Positions 11,467 to 20,567 of a DNA stretch of 35,378 nt are shown piece after piece. The stretch is from Candidatus Krumholzibacteriia bacterium (GTDB lineage Bacteria > Krumholzibacteriota > Krumholzibacteriia > LZORAL124-64-63): positions 1-35,378 of the forward strand of contig JAWOID010000044.1 in assembly GCA_046484865.1 (NCBI GenBank), in the 5' to 3' direction. Positions within the stretch are counted from its first letter, which is position 1; each line of letters starts with the position of its first letter. The notes beneath the pieces are model-generated. The model was not told the DNA's origin and did not search any database. It was given only the letters and a program-made list of their open reading frames with translations. The position numbers and the translations under genes were made by a program.

Positions 11467-13335
11467 ATGCCTGCCGCCACCCTGCGTATCCTGCGCGACG
11501 TCTTCGGCCTCCGGGAGTTCCGGGGCCGCCAGGCGGACATCGTCGATCAGCTGGTGTCGGGCGGGGACGCGCTGGTCCTGATGCCCACCGGCGGCGGCAA
11601 GTCGCTCTGCTACCAGGTGCCGGCGTTGCTGCGGCAGGGCTGCGGGGTGGTCGTCTCGCCGCTGATCGCGCTGATGCAGGACCAGGTGCAGGCCTTGCTC
11701 CAGCACGGAGTGCGGGCCGCCTTCCTGAACTCCACCCTGCCGGTCGCGGAGCAGCGCGACGTCGAGGCACGGCTGCGCCGGGGCGAGCTGGACCTCCTCT
11801 ATCTCGCCCCCGAGCGGCTGCTGCAGGAGCGCACGCTCGCCCTGCTCGATGCGAGCGCGCTGGCCCTGTTCGCCATCGACGAGGCGCACTGCGTCAGCCA
11901 GTGGGGACACGATTTCCGGCCGGACTATCTGGAACTGGGAAGACTGGCGGAGCGGTACCCGGGCGTGCCACGACTGGCCTGCACCGCCACCGCCGACGAG
12001 CGCACCCGCGCCGAGATCCTCGAGCGCCTGCAGCTGGCCGACGGCCAGGTCTTCGTCACCGGTTTCGACCGCCCCAACATCCAGTACCGCGTGGCGCCGA
12101 AGCTGGATGCCCGGCGGCAGCTCCTGCGCTTCCTGCGCGATGAGCATCCCGGCGATGCGGGCATCGTCTACTGCATGACCCGCAAGCGGGTGGAGCAGAC
12201 CGCAGAGTGGCTGGCGACGCAAGGCTTCCCGGCCCTGCCCTATCATGCCGGACTTCCGGACGCCGACCGCCATCGCCACCAGGAGCGGTTCCTGCGCGAG
12301 GACGGACTGGTGATGGTGGCGACCATCGCCTTCGGCATGGGGATCGACAAGCCGGACGTGCGCTTCGTGGCGCACCTCGACCTGCCGCGCAGCATCGAGG
12401 CCTACTACCAGGAGACCGGACGCGCCGGACGCGACGGTCTGCCGGCCACCGCCTGGATGGTGTACGGACTGCAGGACGTGGTGCTCCTGCGACGCCTGCT
12501 GGAAACCTCGGTCGCCGACGAGAGCCACAAGCGCCACGAGCGGCGCCGGCTGGACACGCTGCTCGGCTACTGCGAGGCCACCCGCTGCCGCCGTCAGGTT
12601 CTACTGCAGCACCTGGGCGAGCACCTGCCGTCGTCCTGCGGCAACTGCGACACCTGCCTGCGACCGCCGCCGCTCTTCGACGGCCTCGAGGCCGCCCAGA
12701 AGGTCCTCTCGTGCGCCGTCCGCACGGGGCAGCGGTTCGGGGCGGTCCACCTGATCGACGTGCTGATCGGTCGCGAGAACGAGCGCGTGCTGCGCTGGGG
12801 TCACGAGCGGCTGCCCACGTTCGGCGTGGGCACGGACCTGGATCAGGCGGCCTGGCGGGCGATCATCCGCCAGCTTCTGGTGCGGGGAATCCTCGAGGTG
12901 GACAGCGATGCGTACGGCGCCCTGCGGCTCACCGAGCGGGCGCGACCGGTTCTGCGCGGGGAGGCGGAGCTGGCGCTGCGGCAGGACCTGGTGGAGTCGC
13001 CGGCGCGTGCGGCCGGCGGCGCGGCCGGGGCCAAGCGGCGGCGGCGCAGCGCGTCGGCGGTGCTCGAGGAGCTCACGGCCGTCGCTCCCGCCGCCCCCGA
13101 TCCGGATGCCGCCGCCGCCGCCCAGGTCCGCTTCGAGCGCCTGCGCGAGCTGCGCCGGCGCATCGCCGGCGACCAGGGGGTTCCACCGTACATCGTGTTC
13201 CATGACCGCACCCTCGCCGCCATGGCCGCCCGGCACCCGCTCACTGAGGCGGAGCTGTTGCAGGTGGACGGTGTCGGCCGGGCCAAGCTGGCCCGGTACG
13301 GCGAGGCTTTCCTGGCGCTGCTCCGCGAAAGTTGA
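11467..13335 (+). CDS. recQ: ATP-dependent DNA helicase RecQ
   Basis: [39 protein letters not shown], Zn motif CRR...CGNCDTC, RQC region and HRDC ([12 protein letters not shown]). Confidence 0.97.
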   Translation: MPAATLRILRDVFGLREFRGRQADIVDQLVSGGDALVLMPTGGGKSLCYQVPALLRQGCGVVVSPLIALMQDQVQALLQHGVRAAFLNSTLPVAEQRDVEARLRRGELDLLYLAPERLLQERTLALLDASALALFAIDEAHCVSQWGHDFRPDYLELGRLAERYPGVPRLACTATADERTRAEILERLQLADGQVFVTGFDRPNIQYRVAPKLDARRQLLRFLRDEHPGDAGIVYCMTRKRVEQTAEWLATQGFPALPYHAGLPDADRHRHQERFLREDGLVMVATIAFGMGIDKPDVRFVAHLDLPRSIEAYYQETGRAGRDGLPATAWMVYGLQDVVLLRRLLETSVADESHKRHERRRLDTLLGYCEATRCRRQVLLQHLGEHLPSSCGNCDTCLRPPPLFDGLEAAQKVLSCAVRTGQRFGAVHLIDVLIGRENERVLRWGHERLPTFGVGTDLDQAAWRAIIRQLLVRGILEVDSDAYGALRLTERARPVLRGEAELALRQDLVESPARAAGGAAGAKRRRRSASAVLEELTAVAPAAPDPDAAAAAQVRFERLRELRRRIAGDQGVPPYIVFHDRTLAAMAARHPLTEAELLQVDGVGRAKLARYGEAFLALLRES

Positions 13336-13361
13336 CCCCCGGTCCCCTGCCTGACCGGCCT

Positions 13362-13389
13362 TTGACATCGGGATCGCTTCCGTTATCTT
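13362..13389 (+). promoter_or_regulatory. Putative sigma70 promoter for the Fe-S genes
   Basis: TTGACA-16 bp-TATCTT, about 50 bp upstream of ATG 13438. Confidence 0.5.
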
Positions 13390-13437
13390 TGCGTATCAGT
13401 GACTGTTTTGCTCCCGATTTATCCCCGGAGGCGCTCC

Positions 13438-14262
13438 ATGACCTTGCGCAAGATCGTGACCATCGACGAGGAGAAGTGCGACGGGTGCGGGCTCTGCGTG
13501 CCTTCGTGCGCGGAGGGCGCGATCCGGATCGTCGACGGCAAGGCGCGGTTGCTGTCGGAGAATCTCTGCGACGGACTGGGAGCCTGCCTGGGCGACTGCC
13601 CGCAGGATGCGATCACGGTCGAGGAGCGCGAGGCCGATCCGTTCGACGAACACGCCGTGCAGGAACACCTGGCCCGGCTCATGGACGAGGAGGAGCGGCG
13701 ACGTTCGCAACGGCGCCCGCAGTCCGCACCGCAGCCATCGCCCGGAACGTCGCCGATTCCCGGCAACGGCGGCAGCGGTTGTCCCGGCTCGCGGATGATG
13801 CATTTCGCCACCGCCTCGGGCGTTAGCGCCGGGGCGGCGGCGCCGGGCCCGGCCGGCCCGGCACCGGGCGGCGCCCCCGGCAGCGAACTCGAGCAGTGGC
13901 CCGTCCAGCTCCACCTGGTCTCCCCGACGGCGCCCTACTTCCGCGGCGCCGACGTGTTGCTCGCCGCCGACTGCACCGCGTTCGCCGTCGGCGACTTCCA
14001 CTCGCAGTTGCTGCGCGGACGGGCCCTGGCCGTGGCCTGTCCCAAGCTCGACCAGAACCAGGACAGATATCTCGAGAAGCTCGTCGCGATGATCGACGAG
14101 GCGCAGATCGATCGCCTCACCGTCGCGGTGATGGAGGTCCCCTGCTGCGGCGGACTCGTGCGACTGGCCACCGAGGCGAGCCGGCGCGCGCTGCGCAAGG
14201 TGCCGGTGAAGCGGATCCTGATCGGGGTGCGCGGCCAGACCCTGGAGGAGTCTTGGCTCTGA
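13438..14262 (+). CDS. 4Fe-4S ferredoxin-domain iron-sulfur protein
   Basis: CDGCGLCVPSC and CDGLGACLGDCP clusters; GCPGS, QWPVQLHLV, AADC, ACPKLD and MEVPCCGGL motifs; GGAGG RBS. Confidence 0.88.
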   Translation: MTLRKIVTIDEEKCDGCGLCVPSCAEGAIRIVDGKARLLSENLCDGLGACLGDCPQDAITVEEREADPFDEHAVQEHLARLMDEEERRRSQRRPQSAPQPSPGTSPIPGNGGSGCPGSRMMHFATASGVSAGAAAPGPAGPAPGGAPGSELEQWPVQLHLVSPTAPYFRGADVLLAADCTAFAVGDFHSQLLRGRALAVACPKLDQNQDRYLEKLVAMIDEAQIDRLTVAVMEVPCCGGLVRLATEASRRALRKVPVKRILIGVRGQTLEESWL

Positions 14263-15290
14263 CGTCGGTCTACCTGGCCCCGAGCATGACGGTGGGCCTG
14301 CGGGCCGCGCCCGCAGGCGCCTTCCTGCTGACCGCCGGCCTGCTGGCTCTGGCGGAGACGAGAACCGACCTCGCGCTGCTGATGAGCGAGCGTCTGGCGC
14401 CCGGGACCGGCTGGCTCCAGGTCCTCGCCCTGGCGGCGTATGCCGCCTGGCTTGCCCGGGCGATGCTCGATCCGCGCCGGCAACCGCGCCTGCGACGGCG
14501 CATCTGGCTGGCGTTCTCGATCGTCTTCTTCGCACAGTTCGCGCTGGGGCTGGTGGGGCTGGCCGGAGCCTTCGGTCTCGACGTCCTGGGCGTCTTCCTG
14601 ATGACCGGCGAGTTGCACGTGCCGGTGCCGGCGGTGATCATCGGTGGGCCGCTCTTTCGCGGCGGCGGCCTCTTCATGCCCATCCTCTTCGCGGCGACGC
14701 TGCTGCTGGTGGGGCCCGCCTGGTGCAGCCACCTCTGCTACTTCGGCGCGTTCGACGCCCAGGCGGCGGCGCGGCGGCGGCGACCGGTGCAACTGCCCCG
14801 CTGGGTGACGCCGCTGCGGATGGGGCTCCTGCTGGCGGTCCCGGCTGCCGCGCTCGCCCTGCGGGCCGCGGGCGTGCCGGGGCTGACCGCCGCGCTGGTG
14901 GGCGCCGGCTTCGGCGTGGCCGGCATCACCGTCATGCTGCTCGTCTCGAGACGGCTCGGCACGATGGCCCACTGCATCGTCTGGTGTCCGCTCGGACTCG
15001 TGAGCGATCTCCTCGGACGGATCTCCCCCTTCCGGGTGCGGATCGGCAGCGACTGCGACGACTGCCAGGCGTGCACGCGGGCGTGCCGGTTCAGTGCGCT
15101 GCACCGGGCGGACATCGCGAGGCGGCAGCCGGGCCTCTCGTGCACGCTCTGCGGCGATTGCGTGCAGGCCTGCCCCAAGGTGCAACTGGGGTACCGGTTC
15201 CCCGGTCTCTCGCCCGCACGGGCCAGGGCCCTGTTCGTCACCGTGGTCGTGGCACTGCACGCCGTTTTTCTCGGCGTGGCGCGGATCTAG
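14253..15290 (+). CDS. Membrane 4Fe-4S binding protein (NapH/MauN-like polyferredoxin)
   Basis: TM helices, WCSHLCYFG and HCIVWCPLG motifs, two CxxCxxCxxxC clusters at the C-terminus. Start uncertain (TTG 14253 or ATG 14286). Confidence 0.8.
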   Translation: MALTSVYLAPSMTVGLRAAPAGAFLLTAGLLALAETRTDLALLMSERLAPGTGWLQVLALAAYAAWLARAMLDPRRQPRLRRRIWLAFSIVFFAQFALGLVGLAGAFGLDVLGVFLMTGELHVPVPAVIIGGPLFRGGGLFMPILFAATLLLVGPAWCSHLCYFGAFDAQAAARRRRPVQLPRWVTPLRMGLLLAVPAAALALRAAGVPGLTAALVGAGFGVAGITVMLLVSRRLGTMAHCIVWCPLGLVSDLLGRISPFRVRIGSDCDDCQACTRACRFSALHRADIARRQPGLSCTLCGDCVQACPKVQLGYRFPGLSPARARALFVTVVVALHAVFLGVARI

Positions 15291-15391
15291 CGGCGGCAGG
15301 CCCGAGCGCCGCCCGGCCACAGAGGACCAGGCCGTTCGGGGGTGGCGAAGCGGGGCGGCGAGGCGGGCGGCGAGACGGCAATAAATGCCGA

Positions 15392-15420
15392 TTGACCTGC
15401 CTTCCTCGCGGGTGGATAAT
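15392..15420 (+). promoter_or_regulatory. Putative sigma70 promoter for the protease gene
   Basis: TTGACC-17 bp-GATAAT. Confidence 0.55.
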
Positions 15421-15478
15421 CCAGCGTTCGCAAGACGGAGGCTCGCCCCTCCCCTCCTGCCCCACCCGGAGGTCCGTC

Positions 15479-16603
15479 ATGAAATATTCCCTCGGCAGCC
15501 TGCGTATTCCCGCCCTCCTCCTCATGGTCACATTCTCCTTCGCACTCCTGATCTGGGGCTGCAGCGACTCCGGTTCGCCGCTCGCTCCCCAGGACGACCA
15601 GTCCGGCCAGTTCGACGTCGACAAGAGCGCCGGCAGCCCGAGCGTGCGCGCGGTGATGGCCATCCAGGACCGGCACACGCCCGGCCTGATGGCCGATCCG
15701 GACGTCATCGGCACGGCGACGACCTTCACCGAGGCCGGTGAGCCGGCGATCCTGCTGCTGGTGCTCAACGAGCGCGCTCGCGCCGCGGCTCCGCAGCGGA
15801 TCGACGGCGTTCCGGTCCAGACCATGATCACCGACCGGATCGTCGCCGTCGGCAAGCCGCCGAGCGGCGGCACCGACCCCAAGGCCAAGCAGACCCCGCC
15901 GATCCAGCTGGGCACCAGCGGCGGCTGGCGCTACGACCTGGCCAACGGCTACTGCTGCGGCGGCACGCTGGGCGCGCTGATCCAGGTCGGCGGCCAGCTG
16001 CGTATTTTGAGCAACTACCACGTTTTCGAGGCGGACATCGTCAGCGGCGGCAACAGCCGCGTGGCGAGCACCGGCGACCCGGTGATCCAGCCGGGTCTGA
16101 TCGACGTGGGCTGCAATGCCACCCAGGCGCAGGACGTGGCCACCCTGGTCGTGACCCACTCCCTGCCCAACAGCAACGTGGACTGCTCCTCGGCGACGAT
16201 CATCTCCGGCATGGTCGACCCCAGCGGCGCCATCCTGGGGATCGGCACGCTCTCCTCCTCGACGGTGGGCGCCTATGTCGACCAGCCCGTCAAGAAGAGC
16301 GGCCGGACCACCGGTCTGACCCGCAGCAAGGTCTCGGGCCTCAACGCCAGCGTGAGCATCGCGTATGACAACGAGTGCGCCGGCGGCGCGGCCTTCACGA
16401 AGACGTTCACCGGGCAGATCCTGATCACCAACCGCGCCAGCAAGTTCCTGGCGGGCGGCGACTCGGGCAGCCTGATGGTCGAGGACGTGACCACCAGCCC
16501 GCGGGCCGTGGGCCTGCTCTTCGCCGGTAGCAGTTCCATCGCCGTGGCGAACCCGATCAACGAGGTGCTCGGGTTCCTGAACGGCTCCATGGTCGGCAAC
16601 TAG
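15479..16603 (+). CDS. Lipoprotein trypsin-like (S1/PA clan, Nal1-like) serine protease with an N-terminal pro-like domain
   Basis: GGAGG RBS, signal peptide with lipobox IWGC, GGTLG, triad SNYH / NVDCS / GGDSGS, KSGRTTGLT, VGLLFAG. Confidence 0.85.
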   Translation: MKYSLGSLRIPALLLMVTFSFALLIWGCSDSGSPLAPQDDQSGQFDVDKSAGSPSVRAVMAIQDRHTPGLMADPDVIGTATTFTEAGEPAILLLVLNERARAAAPQRIDGVPVQTMITDRIVAVGKPPSGGTDPKAKQTPPIQLGTSGGWRYDLANGYCCGGTLGALIQVGGQLRILSNYHVFEADIVSGGNSRVASTGDPVIQPGLIDVGCNATQAQDVATLVVTHSLPNSNVDCSSATIISGMVDPSGAILGIGTLSSSTVGAYVDQPVKKSGRTTGLTRSKVSGLNASVSIAYDNECAGGAAFTKTFTGQILITNRASKFLAGGDSGSLMVEDVTTSPRAVGLLFAGSSSIAVANPINEVLGFLNGSMVGN

Positions 16604-16636
16604 TCAGGTACGAGTCGGGGCGAGCGTTCTTCTGCA

Positions 16637-16679
16637 GAGCCGGCCGGCGCCCGAGGGCACCGGCCGGCTCGTTCTCGTT
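16637..16679 (+). terminator. Hairpin between the protease and the small lipoprotein genes
   Basis: gagccggccggcgcc / ggcaccggccggctc stem followed by gttctcgtt. Confidence 0.55.
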
Positions 16680-16706
16680 GGAGCTTCACGACGATGGGAG
16701 GGTGAC

Positions 16707-17063
16707 ATGGATCGACGCGCGCAGCGCCTGGCGATCGGACTGCTGGTCCTGGCCTTCTGCACGATGGCCGGGTGCCAGGAACAGTCGCGGGAAGAGGTGC
16801 AGGGAGATCAACAGGGAGAGACGTCGATGTCGGACCGCAGCATCGAGCAGGTCATGAACGATCACGTCGACGACCTGATGGCGCTCGACGGCGTCACCGG
16901 CGTGGCGATCGGCAAGAACGACGCCGGGGTGCCGTGCATCATGGTCCTCGTCCTGAAGCTGGACGAGGAGATGCAGCGCCGCCTGCCGGCGACCATCGAG
17001 GGACATCCGGTCTGCCCGTTCGAGAGCGGGGAGATCCGGCCGCTGGGCGACGCGGAGGACTGA
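16707..17063 (+). CDS. Small lipoprotein homologous to the pro-like domain of the upstream protease
   Basis: GGGAGGG RBS, signal peptide with lipobox MAGC; core H..LMA...V.G.A....AG.P.I..LVL...P..I[DE]G.PV shared with the 15479 protein. Confidence 0.8.
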   Translation: MDRRAQRLAIGLLVLAFCTMAGCQEQSREEVQGDQQGETSMSDRSIEQVMNDHVDDLMALDGVTGVAIGKNDAGVPCIMVLVLKLDEEMQRRLPATIEGHPVCPFESGEIRPLGDAED

Positions 17064-17085
17064 GCGGCGCCGGCGAGCGCGCAGG

Positions 17086-18609
17086 CTACCAGGTGACCCC
17101 GCGCTCGGCGAAATAGGCGTGCATGTGCCGGCGGGCGACCAGGTTGATGCGGTCGCTCCAGAGGTCGACCGGGTTGTGCTCGTCCGTGATCACGGCCACG
17201 CCCTCGGTGTCCGGCCGGAAGCGGTTGTCCCAGGCGTGCGCGCGGTCGTACGCGGCGCTGAAGCGATACTCCGGGACCGGCGGTTCCTCCACCAGGTCGA
17301 GTTCGCGGTCGGAGGCCAGCATGATCAGGTTGCCCAGCTGGTCGGGCGGCTCGACCGTCGGCAGCGCCAGCACGTGCTCGAAGCTGGTCTCGAGCGTGGC
17401 GGTGACGCCCGGCACGATCACGTCGTGCCAGCCGACGGCCCAGATGTTCAGGGCGACCACGCCGCCCGGCGTCAGGATGTCGGCGACCGCCGCGAACGCC
17501 TCGCGCGTGACCAGGTGGAAGGGGATTGCGCCGCTGCCGAACGCATCGAGGATGACCAGGTCGTAGCGGTGGACCGTCTCCTGCAGGTAGCGCCGGCCGT
17601 CCAGGTGGTGGACGCGGGCGTCCTGCGGCCCGAACCCGAAGTACTGCCGGGCCAGCCGGGTGACCGCGGGATCGATCTCGACCGCGTCCACCTCCCAGCC
17701 GCGCTCCGCATAGCTCCTGGCCAGCGATCCCGCCCCCAGGCCCACCAGAAGCATCCGTCCCGGTTCGTGGAAGATATCGCCCGCCATGTCCAGCACGTGG
17801 ACGTACTCGAAGGGCGACTCGCCGGTGTCCACGTCCACGGCCGAGTGGGTGACCCCGTCCACGAGCAGGTAGCGAACCCCGTCACGCTCGATCACGCGCA
17901 GCTCGGCGTAAGGGCTGTCGGCGACCGCGAGCACGCCACGCTCCCGCTGTGCCTGCTCGGCCGGGGTATTCCAGGCCGCGCCGGCCGCGGCGACCACGAG
18001 CGCGATCAGGGCTGCCGCCGCAGCGCGCCGCCGCCCCTGCAGCGAGAGTCCCAGCAGCGAGGTCATGATCAGCAGGATCCCGACCGCGAACGTCAGCCAG
18101 CCGACGCCGAGCGCGGGGATGAGGAAGAAGCCCACCGCCACGGCCGCGACCACGCTGGCCACCGTCGAGACGGCGAACAGGTTGCCGGCGGTGCGGCCCA
18201 CCTCCGCCACGCTGCGCGTCTTCAGGCGAATGGCATAGGGGCTGATCATGCCCAGCAGCAGCAGCGGCGGGAAGAAGAGCACGGTGGCGGCGGCCAGGAC
18301 GGCCACGCGCAACCCCAGTTCCTGCGTGACGCCCAGGACCGGGTGCCGCAGCCAGGGCACGAGCACGATCCAGAGCCCCGCCAGCCCCATCAGACCGGCC
18401 AGCCGGTCCACGCGAGGCTCGCGGTCGGCCCAGCGGCCGCCCAGGGCGTAGCCCACGGCCAGGGCGGCCAGGGTGACCCCGATGAGGGCCGACCAGAGAT
18501 AGAGGCTCACGCCGTAGAACGGGCCGATGATGCGCGTGCCGAGGATCTCGATCGCCAGGATCGATGCTCCGCTGACCGTGACCGCCAGATACAGATAGAA
18601 ACCGAGCAT
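17086..18609 (-). CDS. Fused membrane permease / spermidine synthase-like SAM-fold protein
   Basis: N-terminal TM region (EILGTRIIGPFYGVSLYLW), then LLVGLGAGSL, AVEIDP, DGRRYL, YDLVILDAF and IPFHLVTRE motifs. Confidence 0.87.
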   Translation of the reverse strand: MLGFYLYLAVTVSGASILAIEILGTRIIGPFYGVSLYLWSALIGVTLAALAVGYALGGRWADREPRVDRLAGLMGLAGLWIVLVPWLRHPVLGVTQELGLRVAVLAAATVLFFPPLLLLGMISPYAIRLKTRSVAEVGRTAGNLFAVSTVASVVAAVAVGFFLIPALGVGWLTFAVGILLIMTSLLGLSLQGRRRAAAAALIALVVAAAGAAWNTPAEQAQRERGVLAVADSPYAELRVIERDGVRYLLVDGVTHSAVDVDTGESPFEYVHVLDMAGDIFHEPGRMLLVGLGAGSLARSYAERGWEVDAVEIDPAVTRLARQYFGFGPQDARVHHLDGRRYLQETVHRYDLVILDAFGSGAIPFHLVTREAFAAVADILTPGGVVALNIWAVGWHDVIVPGVTATLETSFEHVLALPTVEPPDQLGNLIMLASDRELDLVEEPPVPEYRFSAAYDRAHAWDNRFRPDTEGVAVITDEHNPVDLWSDRINLVARRHMHAYFAERGVTW

Positions 18610-18728
18610 GCTGCGGGCCTCCGCGGGTTGGGGGGCGCGACCCGGAACCGAATGTCCCGCGGACCATAGCGGAAACCGGCTGGACCGGGAAAGGGAAGTT
18701 CGGACGGCGGCGAACCGGCCGCGGGTCT

Positions 18729-20393
18729 CTACCCGGACCATCCGAGCAGGAGGAGCAGCCATGCCACCCCGCCCGCCAGCAACCCGTAGCTCACGGCCAC
18801 CGGCAGATTCGTGCGGATGACGATCCCCTCGCGACCGAGCAGACCCACCGTGGTGAGCACCGCCACCACGTTATGGATGCAGATCATGTTGCCCGCTGCC
18901 CCGCCGACGGCCTGGAGCGCCATGGTCGGCACCAGGGCCGCATTCGCTTGCAGGGCGGTATCGAACTGGAAGGGACCGAACATGATGTTCGAGACGGTGT
19001 TGCTGCCGGAGATGAACGTCCCCAGGATGCCGACCATCGACGCCACCAGCAGCCACACCTCGCCGGCAGCGGCCGCCGAGGCCTCGGCCAGCACGATCAA
19101 CATCGAACCGCGACCGGTCGCCTCGCCCGAGTTCATGAGGACATAGACCATGCCGAGCGTGAAGACCAGCGCCACCGTCGCCGACCCCATCATCCGCAAC
19201 GTCTCGACGAACGCCCGGCCGGCCTCCCTCGCCTCGAGGCGGTGGAGGAACGGTATGGCCAGGGCGACCAGCAGGAACGGCACGATGCCGGGATTGTAGA
19301 GCGGCTGGATGGACTTGCCCACGCTGGTCCCCATGATGTCGGACCAGCCCACCTCCAGCGACCGGAGGGCCGGCGCCACCCCGAGCGCCGGTATCCGTCC
19401 GAGCAGCAGCAGCACCCCGATCAGGATGTACGGCAGCCACGCCCGCAGCGGAGTCATCTCCGCTCCCGCTTCCTCCTCGCGCATCTCGCCCGCTTTCAGA
19501 GCGCCTTCCCAGGCGGCCGGCCACCGGTCGTGCGCCGGGAAGTCCCACCGCTCGCGGGGCATGAACATCCCCCGCCGGATGACGGGAATGCACACGGCCA
19601 GCCCCACCAGGGCGCCCAGCAGCGCCGGCAGTTCGGGGCCCAGAAACACGGCGGTCAGGGTGGCGGGGACCGTGTACGCCGCTCCCGCCAGGAGCGCGAA
19701 GCGCCAGACCCGCAGGCCCTGCCGGAACGAACCGCGGGTCATCCTGGTCATCAGCGCCACCAGCACCAGCGGGACGAAGGTGCCGACCGCCAGGTGCAGC
19801 ACCCCCGAGAACGCGGCCACCCGCTCGAGGAAACCGGCGAAGGCGATCGACTCGCCGCCGAGGGTCAGAGGCCAGTCGGCCAGGTTCTCCAGCGCGGCGA
19901 ATCCGCCCCAGATCGGCACGCCCACCGCACCGAAGGTGACGGGCGCCGAGTCAGCCACCAGCGTGGTGACCGCCGCCACCAGCGGCGGAAAGCCCATGCC
20001 CACCAGCAGCGGCGCACCCACCGCCGCCGGGGTGCCGAACCCGGCCGCTCCCTCCAGGAAAGCGCCCATCAACCAGGCGATGACCAGCAGCTGGATGCGC
20101 CGATCCGGCGACACGCCCATCATCGACCGGTTGATGCCGGCCAGTCCCCCGCTCTGGCGAAGCAGTTGCAGGATCAGGAGCGCGCCGAAGACGATCAGCA
20201 GGATGTCGACGGCCGTGATCACGCCGCCGATGGTGGCGGCCGCGATCCAGCGCGGCGGCATCTCCCAGGCGAGGAAGGCCACGGCGACCGCGTTGACGTA
20301 ACCCACGGGCATCGCCCGGCTCGACGGCCAGGTGAAACCGATCATGAGCACGCCGACGAGCAGGATGGGCGAGGCGGCCAGCAGGATCAGCAT
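18729..20393 (-). CDS. lctP: L-lactate permease
   Basis: [36 protein letters not shown] and GNMIC motifs; GGAGGAG RBS before ATG 20393. Confidence 0.9.
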   Translation of the reverse strand: MLILLAASPILLVGVLMIGFTWPSSRAMPVGYVNAVAVAFLAWEMPPRWIAAATIGGVITAVDILLIVFGALLILQLLRQSGGLAGINRSMMGVSPDRRIQLLVIAWLMGAFLEGAAGFGTPAAVGAPLLVGMGFPPLVAAVTTLVADSAPVTFGAVGVPIWGGFAALENLADWPLTLGGESIAFAGFLERVAAFSGVLHLAVGTFVPLVLVALMTRMTRGSFRQGLRVWRFALLAGAAYTVPATLTAVFLGPELPALLGALVGLAVCIPVIRRGMFMPRERWDFPAHDRWPAAWEGALKAGEMREEEAGAEMTPLRAWLPYILIGVLLLLGRIPALGVAPALRSLEVGWSDIMGTSVGKSIQPLYNPGIVPFLLVALAIPFLHRLEAREAGRAFVETLRMMGSATVALVFTLGMVYVLMNSGEATGRGSMLIVLAEASAAAAGEVWLLVASMVGILGTFISGSNTVSNIMFGPFQFDTALQANAALVPTMALQAVGGAAGNMICIHNVVAVLTTVGLLGREGIVIRTNLPVAVSYGLLAGGVAWLLLLLGWSG

Positions 20394-20478
20394 GGATGCG
20401 ACTCCTCCACTCCACCACCGAACCCCGTGCAGAACCACCGCAGCATCCCGTCCACGTCGCGGTCCTTTCCGGAGGCTC

Positions 20479-20513
20479 TTGACGGTAGTTCGCACGTTTG
20501 TGCTATAATTATA
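20479..20513. promoter_or_regulatory. AT-rich divergent promoter with overlapping back-to-back -10 boxes
   Basis: TTGACG-19 bp-TATAAT with an extended TGn on +. The palindrome TATAATTATA (20504-20513) also gives TATAAT on -. Confidence 0.55.
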
Positions 20514-20567
20514 ACCGTAGCGCAATTTAAACCCCGGGCGTCGCACCCGAGGCGAAGGAATGACACC

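Noticed and set aside
9180..12143. 987-aa + ORF, and the overlapping 714-aa - ORF (9076-11220)
   Set aside because: Alternative-frame shadows of the histidine kinase and recQ.
18873..20567. N-terminal 565 aa of the 1946-aa ORF
   Set aside because: Antisense to lctP and runs through the promoter; the real protease starts at ATG 20568 with a signal peptide.
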